Positions 19,944 to 30,539 of a stretch of 64,000 nt of DNA are shown in pieces. The notes beneath the pieces are model-generated. The model worked only from the letters and a program-made list of their open reading frames with translations. It had not been told where the DNA came from and did not search any database. The stretch spans positions 112,738 to 176,737 of the forward strand of contig JBKBRF010000007.1 in the NCBI GenBank assembly GCA_046292385.1, given 5' to 3'. Positions within the stretch are counted from its first letter, which is position 1; each line of letters starts with the position of its first letter. Origin of the DNA: Armatimonadota bacterium. GTDB taxonomy: Bacteria; Armatimonadota; SYMT01. The position numbers and the translations under genes are program-made.

Positions 19944-20903
19944 TCAGCGAGCCTGCGGTCGCCACCTCGGGTGAGATCCGGTGGTCAGCAGGCGCGGCTT
20001 CGGGTTTTCGACATTGGTAATGAAGATCTTGCCTTCGCTCTCGTAAGCGATCTCCCTTCCATCCGGCGACCAGGACGCGCGGAGCGAAGAATCCAGGATG
20101 TTCTGTCTCGGCTGCAACTCGGGACGAGCTACCACCACCCGGTCCTGCTTCCCAGCGGGACCAACACTCACTTCAATATCCAGATCGTGATTCAGCCCTT
20201 GCGTTGCCACGAAGCGCACGAGGAGGTCCCGATCGGGATCGCTGGGACACCATCCGTGGTAGTTGTTCTCATACATCCGCCCGATCTTTGGATCGGGTTG
20301 GCTGAGCACAAGTGGCTCGAAGCCAGTGTTGGTAAGCTTGATTCCGTCTATGTCAAAACCGAAGTAGAGCTCCACCTGGGTGCTCAAGCGCAGCCCGTCG
20401 CGAGACCAGTCACACAGCTCGCGGGTTAGCGGCCCGTGAATCACTCTGCTCGAGTGATGAAAAACCGACGGGCGCGTCGGGCGCCCGTTTGGATCCACGA
20501 AGGCAATATGCGTGCCTGCAGGCTCCCCTGCCCGCTCGGATCTCACGTAGGCGAGCTCATCCTTTACTGGCGACCAGAGCGGGGACCAACAGGCTCCCTC
20601 TACCACCTTCTGGGGGCTGCCCCCGGCAGCCGGAATGCGGTGCAGCGTGCCCCGGAAGTCACCGCGTCGATTTCCCCGGATGAAGACGATCTGCTCTCCA
20701 TCGCGAGACCAGGCCGGTGAAGTGTTATTCCGGGTCCCGGTCAGTCGCCGGCGATTCATCCCGTCGGACTGGATCGTCCAGATCGCGCCGCCATCCACGA
20801 AGGCTAGCTGCGGCTTCGTAGCGGCAGGCGGTTTGGGAGCCGCTAACCCGCAGCTCATCGCTGCCAATCCCGCAAGAAGTCCGATCGTCAGCCGCCAGCG
20901 CAT
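19944..20903 (-). CDS. Exported TolB-like (PD40) beta-propeller protein
   Basis: Signal peptide; SPAWSRDG, SPLWSP, ASWSPDG; visibly lower GC than neighbours. Confidence 0.8.
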   Translation of the reverse strand: MRWRLTIGLLAGLAAMSCGLAAPKPPAATKPQLAFVDGGAIWTIQSDGMNRRRLTGTRNNTSPAWSRDGEQIVFIRGNRRGDFRGTLHRIPAAGGSPQKVVEGACWSPLWSPVKDELAYVRSERAGEPAGTHIAFVDPNGRPTRPSVFHHSSRVIHGPLTRELCDWSRDGLRLSTQVELYFGFDIDGIKLTNTGFEPLVLSQPDPKIGRMYENNYHGWCPSDPDRDLLVRFVATQGLNHDLDIEVSVGPAGKQDRVVVARPELQPRQNILDSSLRASWSPDGREIAYESEGKIFITNVENPKPRLLTTGSHPRWRPQAR

Positions 20904-20941
20904 GGGAGCCTCCTCTCGCTGAGTTTGGCGGGGTCAGGCCG

Positions 20942-22105
20942 CTATGACGTCGCGCCCGCTTCGAGCAGAATGCGGATAATCGCCTCGTTGCCCCGGCTCC
21001 TGGCGAGGGAGAGCGAGGTCTTTCCGCCGATCATGCGGGCGTTAGAATCCGCGCCGCGAGAGAGCAGCTCCCGCACCGCCTCCGGCTTGTTTCCGGCTAC
21101 CGCCGCCAGCAACGGGGTCCACCCGAGCTGATCCCGCTCATCCAACGCCGCGCCGCGCTTCAGCAGCTCGCGAATCAGGCGCAGGTCGCCCCGCCGCGAG
21201 GCCCAGATCAGGACCGTCTCTCCGCTGTAGCGGTCGCGGGCGTTAACCTTGGCGCCGCGCTGGAGGAGCTTCCCGACCTCGGCCGCATCGTTGTTCCGCA
21301 GCGCCTCGCTCATGGCATCGTCCAGGCTCCGCTTTGCGCCGGCCGCCTCCAGGGCCCGGATCACCTCCGGCCGTCCTCTCGCCACGGCATAGGCGAGCGG
21401 AGTGTTGCCCATCCGGTTGGCGACGTGGACATCGGCTCCCGCCTCGAGGAGCCGCCGCACGAAACGCGGCTGGCCGTACTGGATGGCATACTTGAGGGCG
21501 GTGTCTCCGGCCGGGTCCTTCGCATCGACCTCCGCTCCGTGGGCCAGCAGCAGCTCCACGATCAGGGCCGCGGACCGGCTCTCCCTCTCCAGGTGCTGCC
21601 GCATCTCGTCCGACATGCGCACCCGCGGATCGTTCGGATCCGAGGCGGAAACCGCCGTCATCAGCGGCGTCTTCCCCTGCCCGTCCGCCAGGTTCGGATC
21701 GGCCCGATGCTCCAGCAGCTGCCGCACCAGTCCGGGGTTACTCCCGAGCATAGCGAGCGTCAACGCCGTCCAGCCGCGCTCATCCCGCACGTTCGGATCT
21801 GCGCCGCGCTTCAGCAGCTCGCCGCACAGCCGAGCTTCCCCGGCGGCGACAGCCGCAGTCAGCGCGGTCCAGCCGGTGGAGGTGCGAGCGTCCGCCGGTG
21901 CGCCCATCTCTACCAGGGAGCTTACGAGGGTGATGTCGACGGAGAACTCTTTGGAGAACTGCGTCTGCTGCCTCTGGAGCTCTGTCACGAGCTCGGCGCG
22001 CAGCCACTCGACGTGTCGATACCGAAGGGTGCCGATCGCGCCGAGCGCGACCGCGATCACCAGGGCGATGACGGCTCCGATCTCCCAGCGGCGCTTTCGC
22101 TCCAT
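20942..22105 (-). CDS. Membrane-anchored ankyrin repeat protein
   Basis: Repeated GxTaL..A...LL..GADxN units; AGGAG SD before MERKRRWEIG. Confidence 0.93.
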   Translation of the reverse strand: MERKRRWEIGAVIALVIAVALGAIGTLRYRHVEWLRAELVTELQRQQTQFSKEFSVDITLVSSLVEMGAPADARTSTGWTALTAAVAAGEARLCGELLKRGADPNVRDERGWTALTLAMLGSNPGLVRQLLEHRADPNLADGQGKTPLMTAVSASDPNDPRVRMSDEMRQHLERESRSAALIVELLLAHGAEVDAKDPAGDTALKYAIQYGQPRFVRRLLEAGADVHVANRMGNTPLAYAVARGRPEVIRALEAAGAKRSLDDAMSEALRNNDAAEVGKLLQRGAKVNARDRYSGETVLIWASRRGDLRLIRELLKRGAALDERDQLGWTPLLAAVAGNKPEAVRELLSRGADSNARMIGGKTSLSLARSRGNEAIIRILLEAGATS

Positions 22106-22221
22106 TCGTTCTCCTGCCTCCAGGATCATGAGTGGAGCCGCCGGGAAAAAGTTGCGACACTCGGATTGCGGCAGCCGGTTTCCGCCGCGCTTCCCGGGCG
22201 GATCCACCTCGGGCCGGGGAA

Positions 22222-22278
22222 ACCCGGGGGCTGCGCTTCGCTGACCCCCGGCTATTCTCCGTCGCCCCGCCGGGGCGA
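22222..22278. repeat. REP-like double hairpin
   Basis: CCGGGGG-ctgcgcttcgctga-CCCCCGG then TCGCCCCG-C-CGGGGCGA. Confidence 0.6.
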
Positions 22279-22374
22279 GAGTGCCAGCGCTTCACGGTCC
22301 CACGGGCTGCCCCGCCGCAGCGCCCGCCAATCCGGGGCCGGACTGACCTGGCCGCCTCGGTCCGCGGCCGCCCG

Positions 22375-22761
22375 TTACGCGGTTGCCGGTTCGGCGTAGC
22401 GGCGCACGATCTCCAGCAGCAGCTCCGGCCGCGCGCTCTTGGGGAAGTAGTCGTCGACGGCGAGCGGATCGGTGTGGCGGTGCGGGTGCGGCTGCTCCGT
22501 GACGAGGACGACCGGGATCTCCGCGAGCTCCGCGTCGGCACGCTGCAGCGCCCGGAACTCGGCGCCGTCCATCTCCGGCATGCGCATGTCGAGCAGGATC
22601 ACCGCGGGGCGCAGCCCGGACCGGAGCTGCTGCAGCGCCTCCGCGCCGTTGGAAGCGGTGACGGTCCGATAGCCGCCCAGATCGAGCCAGCGGCCGAGCG
22701 CGTAGAGGGTCGCCTCATCGTCGTCTACCAGCATCACCAACGGCCGTCCCTCACCCGCCAT
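22375..22761 (-). CDS. Single-domain response regulator
   Basis: LVDDDE, LLDMRMPEMDG, IPVVLVT. Confidence 0.9.
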   Translation of the reverse strand: MAGEGRPLVMLVDDDEATLYALGRWLDLGGYRTVTASNGAEALQQLRSGLRPAVILLDMRMPEMDGAEFRALQRADAELAEIPVVLVTEQPHPHRHTDPLAVDDYFPKSARPELLLEIVRRYAEPATA

Positions 22762-22843
22762 ACGATCGTGCTCCCGCCTGCCTGCCTCTAACACTGCTTG
22801 CGGTGCGTTATACCACAGTGGCGCCTGGGAAAACCTCCCCGGA

Positions 22844-22881
<38 letters not shown>

Positions 22882-22940
22882 GGGGGGGGGGGGGGGGGGC
22901 CCCCCCCCCCCCCCCCCGCCGTCCTGATCCGTTCCGAGCC

Positions 22941-24695
22941 CTACAGGCCCGGCACGGGCGGGCGGTGCGGGGCGGCCCAGCCGTAGGCGCCCTTCGCTCC
23001 CAGCTTGCGGCGGTAGACCGCGTCACCCGTCGTGACGTAGAGGGTGTCGAGCTCCGCCCCGCCGAGGGTCAGGCTGGTCACCTGGCCGCCCGGCACCGGC
23101 AGGATGCAGTGGACCCGCCCCGGCTGGTCGCAGACCTGGACGCCCATGCGGGTCGCCACGTACAGCCGGCCCTCGCGGTCGACCGCCATGTCCGCGGCGC
23201 CGCTGTCCTCGCTGGTGTCGGGCGAGTGGATCCAGTAGTACTGCTGCTTGTGCTTCAGGGTGCCGTCCGACTGGATCTGGTAGCTGTAGATCCAGTGGGT
23301 GCGGCCGTCCGCCACGTAGAGCAGCGTCTGGTCCGGGGAGAGGGTGATGCCGCTCGCCTGCTCCAGGCCGGTGTCGACCACCTGCTTCTTGCCGTCCGGC
23401 CGCACCAGCCAGACCTTGCTGGCAGCCGCGCCGACGGGCCCCGGCTCCGCGACGTAGACGTTCCCGTTGTGGGCGGCGACCAGGTCAGTCCCGCGGACGC
23501 CGCTCGCCAGCGTGCGGGTCTTGCCGCGGTCATGGACCATGATCTTGCCGTCCGCCGTGACCGCGAAGTGGCGGCCTTCCGGTCCGAACGCCTGTCCCGG
23601 CGCCTTGGCGCGGGAGCCGTGGACCAGGCTGGCGCCGGCGTCGGCACCCAGCCGGTGCGTGCGCCCGGCACCCGGCTCCGTGAAGAAGACCTCGCCGGTA
23701 GGGCTCGTGGCGAGCGCTCCCGGCTTCTCCAGGTCGCCGGCCGCCTTCTCCCAGCCGGCGCCCGGGCGCAGGATCCGGTTCATCGTGTCGTTGCCGGTGC
23801 GGCCGTTGCCCACCGCCGCCGGCCAGCCCTTCCAGAGCCAGCGCATGGCGTCCGGGAAGACCGCGGTGCCGTGCTGGCCGTTGTGGCCGCCCTCGCCCCA
23901 CACGTGCTCCACCTCGTAGCCGGCGAACTTGAGGGCGCGCTCCATCATCTGGTTCGCTTCCCACCAGTCGCCCGCGTAGATGTTCAGGTCGTTCCGGCCG
24001 TCCTGCAGGAAGACGCGGATCGGCTTCGGCTCGTACTTGCGGAGCAGCGTGGGGTAGCGGTCCGCCCCGCGGATGCCGACGTAGGTGCCGATGGCGCTGA
24101 AGACGCGGCTGAACTGGTCCGGCCGCTCCCACGCGGCGGTGAAGGCGCAGACCGCGCCGCTGCTGGAGCCGCCGATCGCCCGGTCCGCCGCGCGGCGGGA
24201 GAGGCGGATCGCGCGGCCGTCGGAGGTTTTCTTCTTCTCCACGTCCGGGAGCAGCTCTTCCACCAGGAAGCGCGCGTACCGGTCGCCGAGACCGTCGTAC
24301 TCCAGGCTGCGGTTGAAGCGGTCGAGCGCGGCCTGCTCGTTCGCCGCGCGGACTCGGCCGTGCATCACGAAGACGCCGATCGTCACCGGCATCTCCTTCT
24401 TGTGGATCAGGTTGTCGAAGACGGTCGGCGCCTGCCACTGGATGCCGTCCTGGTTGACGTAGAGGCAGGCCGGGGTGGCCGGGTTGTACTGCGCCGGTAC
24501 GTAGACCCAGTAGTCCCGGTAGGTGCCGGGGAAGATCCTGGAGTCCTCGAAGCTGAACTTGAGCACCTCGCCCTTGGGGACGCCGGGCTGCGGCTTGGAG
24601 TCGGGGCCCGGCTCGTACTGGGCGGCGGCGCCGGTGGCGAGGCACGCGGCGAGCGCCGCGCCCGCCAGCGCGGGGAGTAGACGGAGCGGTTGCAT
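22941..24695 (-). CDS. Secreted esterase (alpha/beta hydrolase) fused to an SMP-30/gluconolactonase domain
   Basis: GSSSGA nucleophile elbow, GEGGH, C-terminal GITLSPD..DMAVDREGRLYVAT propeller. Confidence 0.9.
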   Translation of the reverse strand: MQPLRLLPALAGAALAACLATGAAAQYEPGPDSKPQPGVPKGEVLKFSFEDSRIFPGTYRDYWVYVPAQYNPATPACLYVNQDGIQWQAPTVFDNLIHKKEMPVTIGVFVMHGRVRAANEQAALDRFNRSLEYDGLGDRYARFLVEELLPDVEKKKTSDGRAIRLSRRAADRAIGGSSSGAVCAFTAAWERPDQFSRVFSAIGTYVGIRGADRYPTLLRKYEPKPIRVFLQDGRNDLNIYAGDWWEANQMMERALKFAGYEVEHVWGEGGHNGQHGTAVFPDAMRWLWKGWPAAVGNGRTGNDTMNRILRPGAGWEKAAGDLEKPGALATSPTGEVFFTEPGAGRTHRLGADAGASLVHGSRAKAPGQAFGPEGRHFAVTADGKIMVHDRGKTRTLASGVRGTDLVAAHNGNVYVAEPGPVGAAASKVWLVRPDGKKQVVDTGLEQASGITLSPDQTLLYVADGRTHWIYSYQIQSDGTLKHKQQYYWIHSPDTSEDSGAADMAVDREGRLYVATRMGVQVCDQPGRVHCILPVPGGQVTSLTLGGAELDTLYVTTGDAVYRRKLGAKGAYGWAAPHRPPVPGL

Positions 24696-24917
24696 GGGGT
24701 TTTCTGTTCCGAGCTATCGATAAGGATCAACCGGAGCGCGCTTGCTCCGGGACCGTTACTATTCGTAAGCTACTCTGCGGACTCCCGGAACGCCTCCTCG
24801 CCGCCTGTCGCAGGCTGGCTTGGAGGTCGGACGCTGTTCCTTCCAGAACGAGGGACGGGTACCCGCGTCTGAGTCATGAGGCGGGACCGGTGTCTGGTGC
24901 GAGCAGTGGAGAGCGAG

Positions 24918-27900
24918 ATGGTGGAGCGAAGTAGAAGGCTCGGCTGGGGCGCGGTCGGCCGCCGGGCGGCCTGGGCGGCGGTGCCTCTGGCGCTGCTGGC
25001 GGCGCTGAACGCGGCGGCGGAGGTCGGCGCCGTCCGTGCGGGCACGCCCGCGGGCGCGATCGACTTCAACCGGGACATCCGGCCGATCCTCTCCACCAAC
25101 TGCTACGCCTGCCACGGGCAGGACTCCGGCTCGCGGCAGGCGAAGCTCCGGCTCGACACGCGGGAGGGCGCCACGGCGCCGCGGAGCGGGATGCGCGCGG
25201 TGGAGCCGGGGAAGCCGGAGCAGAGCTCCCTGGTAGCGCGGATCAACGCCACGAACGCGCTGGTGATGCCGCCGGAGGCGAGCGGCCACCGTCTCACCGC
25301 GGAGCAGAAGCGGCTGCTGGCGGAGTGGGTCCGCCAGGGCGCGCCGTACGCGGAGCACTGGTCGTTCGCCCCGCTGCGCCGGCCGGAGCTGCCGCGAGTG
25401 CGGAACGCGGCGTGGGTGAAGAGCCCGATCGACGCCTTCGTGCTGGCCCGCCTGGAGAAAGAAGGCCTCGCCCCCGCCCCGGCCGCGGACCGGTACACCC
25501 TGATCCGCCGGGTGGCGCTCGACCTGACCGGTCTCCCGCCCGAGCCGGAGCTGGTGAACGCGTTTCTCGACGACAACTCGCCCGACGCCTACGAGAAGGC
25601 GGTCGACCGGCTCCTCGCCTCGCCCCGCTTCGGGGAGCACTGGGCCCGGATGTGGCTCGACCTCGCCCGCTACGCCGACTCGCAGGGCTACGAGAAGGAC
25701 CTGCCCCGCACGATCTGGCGCTACCGCGACTGGGTGATCGACGCCTACAACCGTGATCTCCCGTACGACCGCTTCACGATCGAGCAGCTCGCCGGCGACC
25801 TGCTTCCGAATCCGACTCCGGACCAGCTCCTCGCCACCGCGTTCCACCGCAACACGATGACGAACACGGAAGGCGGTACCGATCCGGAAGAGTTTCGGGT
25901 CGCGGCGGTGAAGGACCGGGTCGATACCACCGCGCAGGTCTGGATGGGGCTCACCGTCGGCTGCGCCAAGTGCCACACCCACAAGTACGACCCGATCACG
26001 ATCGAGGACTACTACCGCTTCTACGCGCTCTTCGACCAGACCGAGGACGCCAACCGCTTCGACGAGGCGCCGACCGTTCCGACTCCCACGGAAGCGCAGC
26101 GCCGCCGGAGCGCCGCGCTCGACGAGCGGCTGAAGGGGCTGCGGGAGGCGTTCTGGCAGCCGGTTCCGGGGCTGGAGAGCCGGCAGCGGGAGTGGGAGGC
26201 GAAGCTGGCCGCGGAGCGGCTCTGGACCCCGCTCCGGTTCGAGAGCGCGCGGGCGGAGAGCGGCGCCGAGCTGAAGCACCGGGACGATGGCGCGGTCCTG
26301 GTCTCCGGCGCGAAGGCGGAGAAGGATACCTACACGCTCACCCTGCCGCTGCCGGAAGGCCGCGCGGGCGCGCTCCGGCTGGAGGCGCTGAAGGATCCCT
26401 CGCTGCCGAACGGCGGCCCGGGCCGCGATGCGGCCGACCAGAACGTGGTCACCTCCGAGCTGACGGTCGAGCTGCTCGCCCCCGACGGCACCCGCACGCC
26501 CGTCGCGCTCACCGGCGCCCGCGCCGATTTCCAGCAGGGCGGCTGGCCGGTGGCGGCAGCGGTCGACGGCAAGCCGGACAGCGGCTGGGCCTGGGCGCCG
26601 CAGAACGGGCAGCCGCACGTGGCGGTCTTCGACTTCAAGACGCCGGTCACGGCGCCGGGCGGCAAGCTGGTGGTGAAGATCGAGCAGCACTTCGCGCGCC
26701 TGCAGCACGGCTGTTTCCGCCTCTCCGTCAGCGGCGCCGAGGCGAAGCTCTTGAAGGCGGAGCTGACGCCGCTGAGCGACCTGGCGGCAGCCTCGCGGGA
26801 GCGCCGCTCCGATGCGGACCGGCGGCGGCTCGAGGAAGCGTTCCGCCAGGTGCACGAGCCGACGTCGCTCGTCTACAAAGACCTCCAGGCGGCGGAGGGG
26901 GAGCGGGCGGCGCTCGACCGCGAGATCCCGCGCACCCCGGTCATGCGGGACCTCCCGCCGGATCGCGCCCGCGTGACGAAGATCCACCAGCGGGGCAACT
27001 TCCTCGACCCGGGGGAGAAGGTCGCCCCCGCGGTCCTCGCCTCGTTCCATCCGCTGCCGTCCGGCGCCCCCGCCAACCGGCTTGGCGCCGCGCAGTGGCT
27101 CGTCTCTCCGGAGAACCCCCTTACCCCGCGCGTGGCGGTGAACCGCGTCTGGGCGCGGATCTTCGGCACCGGCCTGGTGGAGACCGAAGAGGACTTCGGC
27201 TCCCAGGGGACGCTGCCGACCCATCCGGAGCTGCTCGATTACCTGGCTTCCCTTTTTGCGGCGCCGGCTACTTCTGCCGATCCCGACAGAGAGACAGAGA
27301 GACGGAGTGACGGAGAGAACCGTGACCGCAAGGCGGGATCAGGCCCGCGAGAGGCGGGGGTTCGGACTCCCTCTGTCCCTCTGTCTCTCCGTCCCTCTGT
27401 CTCCCCATCTCGAGGCCCGAAGGGGCTCGGCTGGTCGCACAAGCAGCTCTGCAAGACGATCGTGATGTCGGCGACCTACCGGCAGGCGGCGCGCGTCTCG
27501 CCGGAGAAGGCGACGCGCGATCCGAACAACCAGCTCTTCAGCCGGGGTCCGCGCTTCCGGCTGCCGGCGGAGGTGATCCGCGACCAGGCGCTGGCGTCGT
27601 CCGGACTGCTCTCCGATAAGATGCACGGCCCCTCCGTGATGCCGCCGCAGCCGGACGGGCTGTGGAAGACGGTCTATAGCGGCCTGACCTGGAAGACCAG
27701 CGAGGGCGAAGACCGGTACCGCCGCGGCCTCTACACCTTCTGGCGCCGCTCCACGCCGTACCCGTCGCTCACCACCTTCGACGCCGGCAGCGGCGAGTTC
27801 TGCGTGGTGCGCCGGGTGCGGACCAACACCCCGCTCCAGGCGCTGGTGACGCTGAACGACCCCGCCTTCGTAGAAGCGGCCGGGGCGCTCGGCCGGCGGA

Positions 27901-28175
27901 TGGTGGAAGCCCCCGGCGCCGACGTGCGAGCCCGGCTGGCCTATGGCGTGCGGTGGGTGCTGGTCCGCCCCGCGGCCGGCACGGAGCTGGCGCGCCTGGA
28001 GCGCCTCCATGCCGCCACCCTGGCTGACTACCGCGAAAAACCCGAAGCTGCCACCGCGTTACTGAAAGCGGCTGGCCAGTCTCCTAAGGCCGGACAGGAC
28101 GCCGCGGACCTAGCGGCCTACGTGGTCGTCGCGAACGTATTGCTCAACCTTGACGAGGCGTTGACTAAACCATAG
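24918..28175 (+). CDS. PSD1 and planctomycete cytochrome c domain protein
   Basis: FNRDIRPILS..CYACHG, CAKCHTHKYDPI, TNTPLQAL, LLNLDEALTK; start could be 24876. Confidence 0.92.
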   Translation: MVERSRRLGWGAVGRRAAWAAVPLALLAALNAAAEVGAVRAGTPAGAIDFNRDIRPILSTNCYACHGQDSGSRQAKLRLDTREGATAPRSGMRAVEPGKPEQSSLVARINATNALVMPPEASGHRLTAEQKRLLAEWVRQGAPYAEHWSFAPLRRPELPRVRNAAWVKSPIDAFVLARLEKEGLAPAPAADRYTLIRRVALDLTGLPPEPELVNAFLDDNSPDAYEKAVDRLLASPRFGEHWARMWLDLARYADSQGYEKDLPRTIWRYRDWVIDAYNRDLPYDRFTIEQLAGDLLPNPTPDQLLATAFHRNTMTNTEGGTDPEEFRVAAVKDRVDTTAQVWMGLTVGCAKCHTHKYDPITIEDYYRFYALFDQTEDANRFDEAPTVPTPTEAQRRRSAALDERLKGLREAFWQPVPGLESRQREWEAKLAAERLWTPLRFESARAESGAELKHRDDGAVLVSGAKAEKDTYTLTLPLPEGRAGALRLEALKDPSLPNGGPGRDAADQNVVTSELTVELLAPDGTRTPVALTGARADFQQGGWPVAAAVDGKPDSGWAWAPQNGQPHVAVFDFKTPVTAPGGKLVVKIEQHFARLQHGCFRLSVSGAEAKLLKAELTPLSDLAAASRERRSDADRRRLEEAFRQVHEPTSLVYKDLQAAEGERAALDREIPRTPVMRDLPPDRARVTKIHQRGNFLDPGEKVAPAVLASFHPLPSGAPANRLGAAQWLVSPENPLTPRVAVNRVWARIFGTGLVETEEDFGSQGTLPTHPELLDYLASLFAAPATSADPDRETERRSDGENRDRKAGSGPREAGVRTPSVPLSLRPSVSPSRGPKGLGWSHKQLCKTIVMSATYRQAARVSPEKATRDPNNQLFSRGPRFRLPAEVIRDQALASSGLLSDKMHGPSVMPPQPDGLWKTVYSGLTWKTSEGEDRYRRGLYTFWRRSTPYPSLTTFDAGSGEFCVVRRVRTNTPLQALVTLNDPAFVEAAGALGRRMVEAPGADVRARLAYGVRWVLVRPAAGTELARLERLHAATLADYREKPEAATALLKAAGQSPKAGQDAADLAAYVVVANVLLNLDEALTKP
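27285..27411. repeat. In-frame octamer-repeat palindrome inside the DUF1553 domain (second copy)
   Basis: gacagagagacagagagacggagtgacggagaga faces ccctctgtccctctgtctctccgtccctctgtctcc. Confidence 0.85.
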
Positions 28176-28180
28176 GCAGT

Positions 28181-28929
28181 CGTATTGCGTATCCCGTATT
28201 GCGTAGCGTCATGCCTGGAGCGCTCGGCCAGAACGTCGTGCCGGGCGGACCGCCGAGCTACTTTTCGCCCGGCGCGAAATTCTCGAGAAGCGAGCCAAGC
28301 GCTCCGCTACGCAACACGGAATACGCAATACCGAATACCAGAACACGATGCTCGATTACCGCGAGTGGGAAAAGACAGTTCCGACCTGTATTCGCCGCGA
28401 CGCGCTCTGGAGCGAGCACGTCTATCGCCTCGCGCTTTTTGTGGCGGATACCGGCTGGGAGGACGTCGCTACCCTCACTCGAGATCGGCGCACGATGTCG
28501 ACCGTAGATCAGCTCGTCCGAGCGCTGGGGTCAATCAGCGCGAATATCGCCGAGGGTTACTCGCGAGGTTCCGGACGAGACCGATGCCGATTCTATGAGT
28601 ATGCACTCGGCTCAGCTCGCGAAAGCCGGGACTGGTATTACAAGCTCCGTCACGTCCTCGGGTCGGAGCTCATCGAACACCGTTTGAACATCTTGACCGA
28701 AGTCATTCGGCTGCTCCTCGCCATTATCCCGAAAGAGCGCTCGCTCCGCGTGGGAGAGCCCGAAGCTGTTTACGATGTCGCCGCGGAGCCGGTGGAGCTG
28801 AGTCTCGATGGCGGTTGACGACGACCGCTCCGGGGTCGCGGGCCCCGTTCCCAATAGCGCCTCGCCCGGCACGACGCCGCCGAAAGCTCCGCGAGGCCTT
28901 CCGCTACGCAATACGCACTACGGAATACG
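28181..28929 (+). mobile_element. Putative element: CGTATTG/CAATACG heptamer-repeat palindrome + four-helix-bundle gene + repeated right arm
   Basis: Left palindrome 28181-28339; right arm tcgcccggcacgacg...ccgctacgcaatacgcactacggaatacg 28862-28929; sits between PSD1 and DUF1501. Confidence 0.65.
28348..28818 (+). CDS. Four helix bundle protein (23S rRNA IVP / Avd-like)
   Basis: DQLVRALGSISANIAEGYSR..FYEYALGSARESRDW. Confidence 0.92.
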   Translation: MLDYREWEKTVPTCIRRDALWSEHVYRLALFVADTGWEDVATLTRDRRTMSTVDQLVRALGSISANIAEGYSRGSGRDRCRFYEYALGSARESRDWYYKLRHVLGSELIEHRLNILTEVIRLLLAIIPKERSLRVGEPEAVYDVAAEPVELSLDGG

Positions 28930-28932
28930 AGA

Positions 28933-30456
<1,524 letters not shown>

Positions 30457-30539
30457 CACTCGCTCTCTCCCGCGCATGAATGCCGCGGTGCCTCCCCCGG
30501 GTATACGGGGCCGGGATCGACCCCGGGGAGGAGCATGAC

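Noticed and set aside
28181..28929. Diversity-generating retroelement or CRISPR array
   Set aside because: No reverse transcriptase, TR/VR pair, cas genes or repeat-spacer periodicity in the window.
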